Shown here in pieces: positions 50,820 to 62,076 of a stretch of DNA of 64,000 nt. The translations under genes were made by a program, and so were the position numbers. The DNA comes from Squalus acanthias (Eukaryota), in contig JASTWF010000338.1 in NCBI GenBank assembly GCA_030390025.1, positions 310,001-374,000 of the forward strand, given 5' to 3'. The notes under the pieces are model-generated. The model worked only from the letters and a program-made list of their open reading frames with translations. It did no database searches and was not told the origin of the DNA. The number at the start of each line of letters is the position of its first letter. Position 1 is the first letter of the stretch.

Positions 50820-52062
50820 GGTTATAGAAGTGGAGCAGTTACAGGCGGGAAGCTCAGACCAAACATCACGTCAAGATCTGACAGAGTCGCTCGATTCATC
50901 CGGACCTGAATATCATCGGCCTTTGCAATTGGAAGGAGAAAGCAGCGATCGCAGCGATGACAAACCGCACACGTGTTCGGTGTGTGGACGCGGATTCAGC
51001 CGATCGCCTGACTTGGCGAGACACGTGCACCGTCACACCGGGGAGAAACCGGTTAAAGGTGGGGACGGTGGGAAGGGATTCAGTTCCCCGTCTGCAATAG
51101 AAGTTCAACGGTGCAGTCACACCAGGGACAGTCCGTTCACCTGCTCCGTGTGTGGAAAGGGATTTGTTTGTTCATCCCACCTGCAAACACACCAGCGAGT
51201 TCACACTGAGAAGAGACCATTTCAGTGTTCTGACTGTGGGAAGAGCTTTAAAAGCGCCCAGGATCTGAAGCGACACCAGCTTGTTCACACTGATGAGAGA
51301 CCATTTACATGTTCTGACTGTGGGAAGAGCTTTAAAAGCTCCGCCGATCTGGTGCGACACCAGCTTGTTCACACTGATGAACGACCGTTTACGTGCCCTG
51401 ACTGTGGGAATAGCTTTAAATGCTCTGGCGATCTGAAGGGACACCAGCGAGCTCACACTGATGAGAGGCCGTTTACGTGTCCTGACTGTGGGAAGAGCTT
51501 TAAAAGTTCCGGGGATCTGAAGGGTCACCAGCTTGTTCACACTGCGGAGAGGCCATTCACCTGCTCCGTGTGTGGGAAGGGATTCTTGCAGTCCTCCACC
51601 CTGCTGACACACCAGCTTGTTCACACTGATGAGAGACCATTTAACTGTTCTGACTGTGGGAAGAGCTTTAAAAGCCCTGGGGAACTGAAGGGACACCAGC
51701 GAGTTCACACTGGAGAGAGACCGTTCACCTGCTCCATGTGTGGGAAGGGATTTGCTCGGTCCTCCAACCTGCTGGTACATCAACGAGTTCACACTGGAGA
51801 CAACCCCTTTAAATGTTCTGACTGTGGGAGAAGCTTTAAAAGCTCCGGGGAGCTGAAGAGACACCGGCTCCTACACACTGGCGAGAGGCCGTTCACCTGC
51901 TCCGTGTGTGGGAAGGGATTCACTGTGTCATCCACCCTCCTGTCACACCAGCTTGTTCACACTGACGAGATACCCTTTAAATGTTCTGACTGTGGGAAGA
52001 GCTTTAAAAGCTCGAAGAACCTTAAGGGACACCAGCGTCTTCAGACTGATCATAGAATCTAA
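50820..52062 (+). CDS. C2H2 zinc-finger protein ZNF-1, main exon (11 intact fingers, 1 degenerate, 1 incomplete terminal)
   Basis: Open frame of CxxCGKxF...HxxxH units with TGERP/TDERP linkers; acceptor ttatacag|G; no ATG before the fingers within the exon. Confidence 0.88.
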
Positions 52063-53800
52063 CAGCACAGAAGGAGGTGATTCGGCCCATCGTGTCTGTG
52101 CCGGCTCTTTGAAAGAACTGTCCAATTTAGTCCCAAACCCCAGCTTTATCCCCAGAACTCTGCAAACTAGTCCTCTCCAAGTACACGTCCAATCACCGTT
52201 TGAAAGTTCCTGTGGAACCTGATTCCAGCATCCTTTCAGATGGTGCGTTCCAGATCTTAACAACCCTCTGTGTGAAAACAATTCTCCTCATTCACCTCTA
52301 GTTCTTTTAGCAACTATTTTAAATCTGTGACCTTTGGTTACCGACCCACTTGCCAGAGTGAACAGTTTCTCTCTACTTGCTCGATTAAAACCCCTCATCA
52401 TTTTGAACCCCTCTATTAGGTCTCCTCTTAACCTTCTCTGCTCTAAGGGGAACAATCCCAGCTTCTCCAATCTCTCCACATAACTGAAGTCCCTCATCCC
52501 TGGTACCATCCTGGTCAACCTCCTCTGCACCCTCTCCAAGGCCTTGACATCCTTCCTAAAGTGTGGTGCCCGGAACTGTACACAAGACTCCAGCTGAGGC
52601 CAAAACCCTGCAGCTGTACAAAACCCTGGTTAGACCACACCTGGAGTACTGTGAGCAGTTCTGGGCATCACACCTTAGGAAGGATATATTGGCCTTGGAG
52701 GGAGTGCAGCGCAGGTTTACCAGAATGATACCCGGACTTCAAGGGTTAAGTTATGAGGAGAGATTACACAAATTAGGGTTGTATTCCCTAGAATTTAGAA
52801 GGTTAAGGGGTCATCTGATTGAAGTTTTCAGGATATTAAGGGAAACAGGGTAGATAGAGAGAAACTATTTCCGCTGGTTGGGGATTCTAGGACTCGGGGG
52901 CATAGTCTAAAAATTAGAGCCAGACCTTTCAGGAGTGAAATTAGGAAACACTTCTACACACAAAGGGTGGTAGAAGTTTGGAACTCTCTTCCGCAAACGG
53001 CAATTGATGCGAGATCAATTGTTAATTTTAAATCTGAGATTGATAGGTTTTTGTTACCCAAAGATATTAAGGGATATGGGCCAAAGGCGGGTGTATGGAG
53101 TTAGGTCACAGATCAGCCATGATCTCATTGAATGGCGGAACAGGATCGAGGGGCTGAATGGCCTCCTCCTGTCCTATGTTCCTAACTAGTGATTTGTAAA
53201 GGTTTAGTGTAACTTCCTTGTTTTTGTATTCAATGGCCCTATTTACAAAGCCAAGTATCCCATACGCTTTCTGAACCGCCTCACCAACTTGCCGTGGCAC
53301 TTTCAAAGATTTGTGAATATGGACCCCCAGGTCCCTCTGCTCTTGCACCCCCTCAAAATAGTCCCATTTAGATTATACGGCCTCTCCCTGTTGTTCCTCC
53401 CAAAGTGCATCACTTCACACTTATCCTCATTTAATTTCATCTGCCTTGTGTCTGCTCATTTCACAGTCTGTCTCTGTCCTTCTGAAGTCTGCTACTACTA
53501 TGCTCACTATTTACTACGTTGCCAAGTTTTGTATCATCCGTAAACTTTGAAATTGTCCACCTATACCCAAGTCCAGGTCAGTTATATATAACAAGAAAAG
53601 CAATGGTCCTAATCCCGACCCCTGGGGGAACCCACTGCATACTTCCCTCCAGTCAGAAAAACATCCCTCAGCACTGCTCACTGTCTCCTCTCCCTTAGCC
53701 AATTATATACCCAAATTACCATCAGCCCTTTCATTCCCTGTGCTTCTATTTTCCGAGTAAGTCTGTTGTGTGGTACTTTATCAAATGCCTTTTGAAAGTC
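52051..53800 (-). mobile_element. CR1 fragment with a nested plus-strand CR1 at ~52602-53185
   Basis: ORFs 52288-52539(-), 52563-52853(+), 53106-53348(-); host resumes after tcctatgttccta. Confidence 0.88.
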
Positions 53801-55555
53801 CATAAGAACATAAGAAATAGGAGCAGGAGTGGGCCATACGGCCCCTCGAGCCTGCTCCACCATTCAATAAGATCATGGCTGATCATCGACCTCAACTCCA
53901 CTTTCCTGCCCGATCTCCATTTCCCTTGATTCCCCCAGAATCCAAAAATCGATCTATCTCAGCCTTGAATATGCTCAAAGACTCAGCATTCACAGCCCTC
54001 TGGGGCAGAGAATTCCAAAGATTCACAACCCTCTGAGTGAAGAAATTCCTCCTCATCTCGGTCTTAAATGGCCGACCCCTTATCCTGAGACTATGCCCCC
54101 TAGTTCTAGACACTCCAGCCAGGGGAAACAACCTCTCAGCATCTACCCTGTCAATCCCCTTCAGAATCTTGTATGTTTCAATGAGATCACCTCTCATTCT
54201 TCTAAACTCCAGAGAGCATAGGCCCATTCTGCACAATCTCTCATCATAGGACAGCCCTCTCATCCCAGGAATCAATCTAGTGAACCTTCGTTGCACCGCC
54301 TCCAAGGCAAGTATATCCTTCCTTAGATAAGGAGACCAAAACTGTGCACAGTACTCCAGGTGTGGTCTCACCAAGGCCCTGTACAATTGCAGCAAGACTT
54401 CCTTACTCTTATACTCCAACCCCCTTGCATAAAGGCCAACATGTCATTTGCCTTCCTTATTGCTTGCTGTACCTGCATGCTAGCTTTCTGTGTTTCTTGC
54501 ACGAGGACACCCAAATCTCTCTGAACACCAACATTTGAAAGTTTCTCACCATTTAAAAAATATTCTGTTTTTCTATTCTTCCTACCAAAGTGAATAACCT
54601 CACATTTCCCTACATTATACTCCATCTGCCACCTTACTGCCCACTCACTTAGTCTATCTATATCCCTTTGCAGGCTCTTTGTGTTCTCCTCACAGCTTAC
54701 TGTCCCACCTAGCTTTGTATCATCAGCAAGCTTGGATACATTACACTCGGTCCCTTCATCTAGGTCATTAATATAGATTGTAAATAGCTGAGGCCCCAAC
54801 ACTGATCCTTGCGGCACCCCACTAGTTACAGCCTGCCAACCTGAAAAAGACCCGTTTATCCCTACTCTCTGTTTTCTGTCCGTTAACCAATCCTCTATCC
54901 ATGCTACTATATTACCCCCAATCCCATGAGCCCTAATCTTCTGTAATAACCTTTTATGTGGCACCTTATCGAATGCCTTTTGGAAATCCAAATATACTAC
55001 ATCCACTGACTCCCCTTTATCTACCCTGCTAGTTACATCCTCAAAAAACTCAAACATGATTTCCCTTTCATAAAACCATGTTGACTCTGTCTAATCATGT
55101 TATGATTTTCTAAGTGCCCTGATACCACTTCCGTAACAATGGATTCCAGCATTTTCCCAATGACTGATGTCAGGCTAACTGGCCTGTCGTTCCCTGTTTT
55201 TTCTCTCCCTCCTTTCTTGAATAGCGGTGTTACATTTGCGACCATCCAATTCGCTGAGACCGTTCCAAAACCTAGGGAATTTTGGAAGATCAAAACCAAT
55301 GCATCCACTATCTCTTCAGCCACCTCTTTTAGAACCCTAGGATGTAGGCCGTCAGGTCCAGGGGATTTGTCGGCTTTTAGTACCATTAGTTTCTCTAGTA
55401 CTCTCGTACTTATATTAATTACATTAAGTTCCTCACCCTCATTAGACCCTCGGTTCCCCACCATCTTTGGTATGCTTTTGTGTCTTCTACGTTTCTGCCA
55501 TTTCCTTATTCCCCATAATAATTTCTCCTGTCTGTACCTCTAAGGAACCAACGTT
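53801..55555 (-). mobile_element. CR1 LINE RT region and 3' end, frameshifted
   Basis: ORFs 55033-55464, 54368-55057, 53892-54419 with RT motifs; tail at 53801. Confidence 0.95.
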
Positions 55556-56025
55556 GTCCGCTATGGCTCAGTGGGTAGCACACTCGCCTCTGGGTCAAAG
55601 GGTTGTGGGTTCAAGTCCCGCTCCATGGGACTTGAGCACATAAAGCTAGGTTGACACTCCAGTGCAGTGCTGAGGGAATGCTGCACTGTCAGAGGTGCCG
55701 TCTTTCGGATGAGACGTTAAACCGAGGCCCCGTCTGCCCTCTCAGGTGGATGTAAAAGATCCCATGACACTATTTTGAAGAAGAGTAGGGGAGTTATCCC
55801 CGGTGTCCTGGCCAATATTTATCCCTCAACCAACATAACAAAAACAGATTATCTGGTCATTATCACATTGCTGTTTGTGGGAGCTTGCTGAGCACAAATT
55901 GGCTGCCGCGTTTCCCACATTACAACAGTGACTACACTTCAAAAAATACTTCATTGACTGTAAAGAGCTTTGAGACGTCCGGTGGTCGTGAATGGCGCTA
56001 TGTAAATGCAAGTCTTTCTTCTTTC
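55556..56025 (+). mobile_element. Full-length Deu-domain tRNA SINE
   Basis: TGGCTCAGTGGG A box, GGTTCAAGTCCC B box, Deu block, ctttctt tail. Confidence 0.92.
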
Positions 56026-56249
56026 TTTACTTTTGCTACTCTCTTCCTTTTTGATGCTTTTGATTTAATTATTAAACATTTAAGAAATTATTGCAGTGAC
56101 CAGGGCTGTCTCTGAAACTACAGGAATTTGTCTTTAAATAATCTCCTTTAGTGAAGCTGCTGTCGCTCTGGCCCTTTGCCAGGCCCGCTGACTGTGGCCC
56201 CTCTCCCAGATTCCAGCCCCAGCTCTGTGCTGACTGAGCTGCTCTCACC

Positions 56250-56750
56250 TGGGGACAGCGCGTCACAATCGGCCCCAGCGCACCTGAGCTGCTCACCAGG
56301 CCCCGCCCCCTTGCTGCACCGCCATTGGTTGGAGGACCCGCCGCCCGCTCGGTCCTCCAGTCCCGCCCCACTCTTCCTATTGGTCCGGAGCTCCCGTCAA
56401 TCACCCGGGCAGTGTGAGCTGAGCATGCGCGGACCTTGGCAGCAGCCGCGGACACATCAGGTGAGAGAGCTCAGGGAGCGGGTTAATAAACCCCGGGGGG
56501 ACGCGGGCTGCACACACCCCGAGTGCGGCCCCAGGCCCCATTATTAAAACACTCCACATTATCCGCTTCACAAACACCCGGGGTGGGCCTCAGGCCCCGA
56601 ACAAGAGCCTCCGGGCCGGGCGTTTGCCCCGAGCGGGGCGGCAGCTGCGGGGCTTTCTCCCGGTGACAGGCCCGGGTTAACGGCCGCCATCTTGACAGGC
56701 TCAGGGGGCAGCAGGGCGCATGCGCGGCCCCCTTGGCCAGGAACCAGGAG
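56250..56750 (+). promoter_or_regulatory. CpG-island promoter and first exon of zinc-finger pseudogene ZNF-2
   Basis: GC boxes, two ATTGG, donor CAG|GTGAGA at 56460, YY1 GCCGCCATCTTG at ~56683, NRF1 GCGCATGCGC at ~56715; paralogous to 61020-61400. Confidence 0.65.
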
Positions 56751-56814
56751 GAGAGAATCTTGTCAATTTCTATCCTGGACTCACAGTCATGGCTTTTGGA
56801 AACTCCTTTTACAG

Positions 56815-57233
56815 GCTGTGAGAAGGGCAGCATTTACACACCGCAAACTCAAACCAAACATCACATCAAGATCTGACAGAGTCACTCCATTCATCAGGAC
56901 CCGAATATCATCGGCCTTTGAATGTGGAAGGAGAAATGTTTGTCTGTTCTGTCTGTGGGAAAAGATTTCAAACATCAGTGTGACTGGAAAAGCACCGAGA
57001 CACACACACCCGAGTGAGAGTGTTCCAGTGCACTGACTGTGGAAAGAGCTTTAACCAGTTACACAGCCTGAAAAAACATCGCACCGTTCACAGCGGGGAG
57101 AAACCGTACACGTGTTCTGTGTGTGGACGAGGCTTCAACTGATCGTCCAACCTGGAGAGTCACAAGGACACCCGCACCATGGAGAAACTGTGGGAAGCGA
57201 GTTAATTACCCATCTGAGCTGGAAACTCATCGG
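56815..57233 (+). pseudogene. Truncated C2H2 zinc-finger pseudogene ZNF-2
   Basis: Three finger relics with TGA at 56981 and 57140, ATG 57179 followed by a frameshifting deletion and loss of the remaining fingers. Confidence 0.85.
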
Positions 57234-57554
57234 TCCTTCTTTATCTGGAGATCAAATGTCTGTTGTATAATTGTACCAGCAGTTAACAGGCTCCTGTGAA
57301 CTCCTCTGTCTGCTGTTTTAATGCAGACTGTAACCAATATATTTTAAACGGGTTTATGTTAAATGAGTTCATGCCGGCCTTAAAATGGTAGACTCAGGAC
57401 TGCCACACAAACATGTTAAAGCTTCGTAGAATAATTACCAGTCATTTTTAGACTGAAAACGTAAACCTCTTTCACTTTCAGTAAGGAACAGATTGCGGTT
57501 TTACACCAATCTCTGATTCAACAGCACGTTTCCAGCCTTCACCATTGTTCGTCC

Positions 57555-57878
57555 TGAACCTGCGACAGTACCTCCCAAACCCGCCACCTCCACCACCTAG
57601 GACAAAGGCTGCAGCCACATGGGAACACCACCACTCCAAGTTCCCCTCCAAGTCTCACATCATCCTGACTTGGAAATATATCGCCGATCCTTCACCGTCG
57701 CTGGGTCAAAATCCTGGAACTCCCTCCCTAACAGCACTGAGTGAGGACCTTCACCACACGGACTGCAGCGGTTCAAGAAGGTGGCTCACCACCCACTTCT
57801 CAAGGGCAATTAGGGATGGGCAATAAATGCTGGATTTGCCAGCGACACCCAGATCCCAGGAATGAATAAAAAAAAAAC
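57555..57878 (+). mobile_element. LINE-A 3' terminal fragment with A tail
   Basis: Reverse complement of 16460-16740 type sequence; ends atgaataaaaaaaaaa. Confidence 0.85.
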
Positions 57879-58346
57879 CTAAACACAGTTGTAAAGGAGC
57901 CTTCTGTTCCGTGCCTAGGAGCTCTGAACCATGGAAGAGAGCAGCTGGGACACGTTTCTCACAGGCCTCGAGATTAACCCATCGGGGACTTTGCTGTCAG
58001 TGAAGAGAGACGAGAAAGACCAAAGTGCCGTTTGCCCCTCTCAGTGTGGCCCTGAAGGACTGTGTCCAGGCTGAAGTTCTGTTCCCGCCGTACGATCCTC
58101 CCCCAGATTGTCCTTTCTGAGCTCCAGCCAGGTGATGCTAAACACTCAGGTGGGAAAGACAAAAATCTACAAAAATGCATTGAAAACAAAGCTGGTTTAT
58201 TTGACATATATCCAGAATATTAAACTCCAGTCCAGTTATAGGGGTTATTAACATCAGCAGAAATAAACCCCAACTGTCAGAATGAACATGGTTCAGTCTT
58301 GGATGTGATTAACAGCAGCAATAACAGCAGAATCCAGCCCCTGCAG

Positions 58347-58988
58347 TCATATGCGACCTCGTTGGTGTGTCAGCAGGTTGGATGACTGAGTGAATCCCTT
58401 CCCACACACGGAGCAGGTGAATGGCCTCTCCCCAGTGTGAACTCGCTGGTGTACAGTGAGTTCAGATGATCGCCTGAACCCAGTCCCGCAGTGAGAGCAC
58501 CTGAACGGTCTCTCGCCAGTGTGAACATGTTGATGACACGCCAATTCCTCTGAACTTTTAAAGCATTTCCCACAGTCCGGGCATTTAAAAGGTCTCTCCC
58601 CAGTGTGACCTCATTGGTGTGCCAACAGGTGGGATGAATTAGTGAATCCCTTCCCACACACGGAGCAGGTGAACGGTCTCTCCCCGGTGTGACTGCGCCG
58701 ATGAGTTTCCAGTTCGGACGGGTAATTGAATCCTTTCCCACAGTCCCCACATTTACACCGTTTCTCCCCGGTGTGACTGCGCTTGTGTCTCGACAGGCCA
58801 GACGATCGGCTGAAGCCTCGTCCACACACAGAACACGTGTACGGTTTCTCCCCGCTGTGAACGGTGCTTTTTGTTTCCATGTTCAAAGGCCGATGATATT
58901 CAGTTCCTGATGAATCGAGTGACTCTGTCAGATCTTGTTACGATTTTGGTTTGATCTTCCTGTCTGCAAATCCGCCTCTTCCAATACC
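58347..58988 (-). pseudogene. C2H2 zinc-finger locus ZNF-3 (6 finger units) with one in-frame TGA
   Basis: ATG 58880 (METKST); ORFs 58611-58886 and 58347-58544 are one frame split by TGA at 58613-58611 (HQ*GH); acceptor ttttgcag|G at 58988. Confidence 0.8.
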
Positions 58989-59269
58989 CTGCAAAATGAA
59001 TTTAAAAGAGGAAAAAGGGAGCGTGAGAGAGAACCCACAATAAAACAAAGGTAGGCTGTGAAATTGAGCTGAATGAATCTGGTCATTTGTGGGGCCGGCA
59101 GCAGAAACAAGTGACCATGAAAGCTGCTGGATTGTCATAAAACCCAACTGGTTCACTAATGTCCTTCAGGGAAGGGAACCTGCCACTCAGTCTGGGCCAA
59201 CACAAGACACTGGCCTCAAGGGAGAGAGGTGGGAGGGGCGATGGAAGGGACTTGAAACATCTGCAACTT

Positions 59270-60468
59270 GATAAGTTGATGTAGTCTACATGGACTTCAG
59301 TAAGGCTTTTGACAAAGTCCCGCATGGGAGACTGGTCAAGAAGGTAAGAGCCAGAGATCCAGGGAAATTTGGCACATTGGATCCAAAATTGGCTTAGTGG
59401 CAGGAGGCAGAGGGTGATGGTCGAAGGTTGTTTTTGTGACTGGAAGCCTGTGTCCAGTGGTGTACAACAGGGATCGGTGTTGGGTCCTTTGCTGTTTGTA
59501 GTGTACAGTAATGATTTAGATATGAATGTAGGAGGTATGATCAGTAAGTTCGCAGATGACACGAAAATTGGTGGAGTGGTAAATAGCGAGGAGGGAAGCC
59601 TCAGGCTACAGGACGATATAGACGGGTTGGTCAGATGGGCAGAACAGTGGCAAATGGAATTTAACCCTGAAAAGTGTGAGGTGATGCATTTTTGGAGGAC
59701 TAATAAGGCAAGGGAATACACAATGAATGGTAGGACCCTAGGAAGGACAGAGGATCAGAGGGACCTTGGTGTGCATGTACATAGATCCCTGAAGGCAGCA
59801 GGACAGGTAGATAAGGTGGTTAAAAAGGCATATGGGATACTTGCCTTCATTAGCCGAGGCATAGAATATAAGAGCAGGGATGTTATGATGGAGCTGTACA
59901 AAACGCTAGTTAGGCCACAGCTGGAATACTGTGTGCAGTTCTGGTCACCACACTATAGGAAGGATGTGATTGCATTGGAGAGGGTGCAGAGGAGATTCAC
60001 CAGGATGTTACCTGGGCTGGAGCACTTCAGCTATGAAGAGAGACTGGACAGGCTGGGGTTGTTTTCCTTAGAGCAGAGAAGGCTGAGGGGGGACCTGATT
60101 GAGGTGTACAAAATTATGAGGGGCATAGATAGGGTAGATAGAAAGGAACTGTTCCCCTTAGCAGAGGGGTCAATAACCAGGGGGCATAGTTTCAAGGTAA
60201 GGGGCAGGAGGTTTAGAGGGGATTTGAGGAAAAACTTTTTCACCCAGAGGGTGGTTGGAATCTGGAACTCACTGCCTGAAAGGGTGGTAGAGGCAGGAAC
60301 CCTCACAACATTCAAGAAGCATTTAGATGAGCACTTGAAACGCCATAGCATACAAGGCTACGGACCAAGTGCTGGGAAATGGGATTAGAACAGACAGGGC
60401 TTGATGGCCAGCGCGGACACGATGGGCCGAAGGGCCTCTTTCTGTGCTGTATAACTCGATGACACTAT
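59270..60468 (+). mobile_element. CR1 LINE 3' half
   Basis: ORF 59369-60388 with [11 protein letters not shown]; near-identical to 6942-7550 over the shared part. Confidence 0.95.
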
Positions 60469-61019
60469 AGAGCTGGTTCCCAAGGCCCCGCCCCCACATA
60501 GAGTGGGTTTCCTCATGTGGCCTGCTGGGTCAGGTTATAAAGAGACCGCGCGCTGTTCCTCCTCCCACTGCCTGGGGGAATGGGGCAGATATTTAAATGG
60601 ACAGTGACCCCTTTACTTTGTATATTTATAGTTAAAGGGACAGTCTGGTTTATCTTGGAGTGTCGGAGCACTTCACTGACAGAGCTCCTATTAACAGTCG
60701 CTCCCTTCTGTACTCGTGCAGTGATTGTAAACCTGTCTATTTTAGTGACTTGAGCCTTTCTAAAATGTCTCACTTTTTGCTTGTTCAATTTTGAAAGACT
60801 TCAGAATTTTGCAGTTTAATGAAGGTTTCCTTTAAAGGTGGAGTAACATTCCTTTGAAAATATTCTGTTCTGACCCTCCCCCAAATTTTAAAACACTCTG
60901 CACAACTGACTGGGAAGGTCCCAAGTTCAGTCCTTGATCTGTGCTGTTTGTTGATCTCAGCCAAGACAGCTCCGGGTCTATAATTGGCCTCAGTACCACT
61001 GGGCTGAATAAGAGTAAAA

Positions 61020-61400
61020 ATCCCCCGCGCGGGAGAATGTGTCCAATCACTGACCACAGGAGCCCAGTGCGCAGGCGCGGGCTGTGTGTGCTCTGAGCAT
61101 GCGCAGTGCCAGTGTTGACGATGGTCTGAAGCAGAAGAGACGGTTCCAGGAGGCGGTAGGAGATTGTGGGCTTGGGGAGGATTTGGACCGGCGAGTGGGC
61201 TGGGAAGCTTCATAAACACCCGGTGTAGGCCTCAGGCCCTGAATAAAAACCCACAGGCCCCGTGTTTGCCCCGCGGTGACAGGCCCGGCCGCCCGGGTCA
61301 GCGGGGTCACTGGCCGCCATCTTGGACAGAGCGGGGTCATGGCGCATGCGCGGCCATCTTGGCCAGGAACAGAGAGTGGGCGGGGCTTCAGAGTCTCTGT
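61020..61400 (+). promoter_or_regulatory. CpG-island promoter and candidate exon 1 (ATG 61099 to 61190) of ZNF-4
   Basis: CCAAT ~61043, GCATGCGCA, CG|GCGAGT possible GC donor in phase 2, YY1 GCCGCCATCTTG ~61313, NRF1 GCGCATGCGC ~61342. Confidence 0.6.
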
Positions 61401-61419
61401 TCCCAACCGGGTCCCAGTG

Positions 61420-61895
61420 CCCGGGAGATGGAGCATCCTGGGCAACAGGTTTTTAATCACCTTCACCCACTCCCAGGCCTCATGTGTTTTTTGCGGCCTA
61501 GAGGAGTCCACGGGCCGTGTATATATTCAGTGTGAGAGGTTGCAGCCCCTGTGTAGTTACCTGAAGGGGCTGCTCCTCAACTCTTGGTTACACTTTAGCC
61601 CCACGCTCCTAATCTTTGGCCGCCCGGTGCGGAGGGGGGTGGGTAAGTCGGAGGATCTTCTCCTGGACCTGCTCTTGGGCCTGGCGAAAACAGCAATTTG
61701 TAGGCCCAGGATGGGTGGGGCCCATGGAGGGTCACTCTGGCTGCCTGCCTCTCTCCTGTGGTCTTGTCCCTGCCCGGGTGGCCCTGGAGAGGGAGCAGGC
61801 GGTGTCCACCGATTCACTTGATACCTTCCTCGACCGGTGGGCACCTCAGGGTGCAGAGTGTCTCTCAGACACTGGGAACAACATTCTGGTTTAGT
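61420..61895 (+). mobile_element. Tx1/L1-clade retrotransposon ORF2 C-terminal fragment
   Basis: CVFCGLEES...CERLQPL..YLKGLL...WLHFSPTLLIFG...DLLLDLLLGLAK resembles the Tx1 zinc-knuckle region. Confidence 0.75.
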
Positions 61896-62076
61896 TCGGA
61901 AGGTTCCCTTTGCTTTTGGAGGGACTTTTGCTGCTTATTTTGGCTTCTTTTAGTTTGATTGGACTACATGTTTGTGGGAAGAAGAGATGAAAGAATGTTC
62001 CATAGAAACTAGAATTGTCTGTTCTGAATTTCTATCCTGTACTGACAGTGATGACTTTTGTAAACTCCTTTTACAG

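Noticed and set aside
51172..51864. Long antisense ORFs over zinc-finger and CR1 sequence
   Set aside because: Shadow frames caused by codon periodicity of the sense ORFs
55556..55630. tRNA genes (also 11995-12070, 50185-50259)
   Set aside because: tRNA-derived SINE heads continuous with Deu-domain bodies
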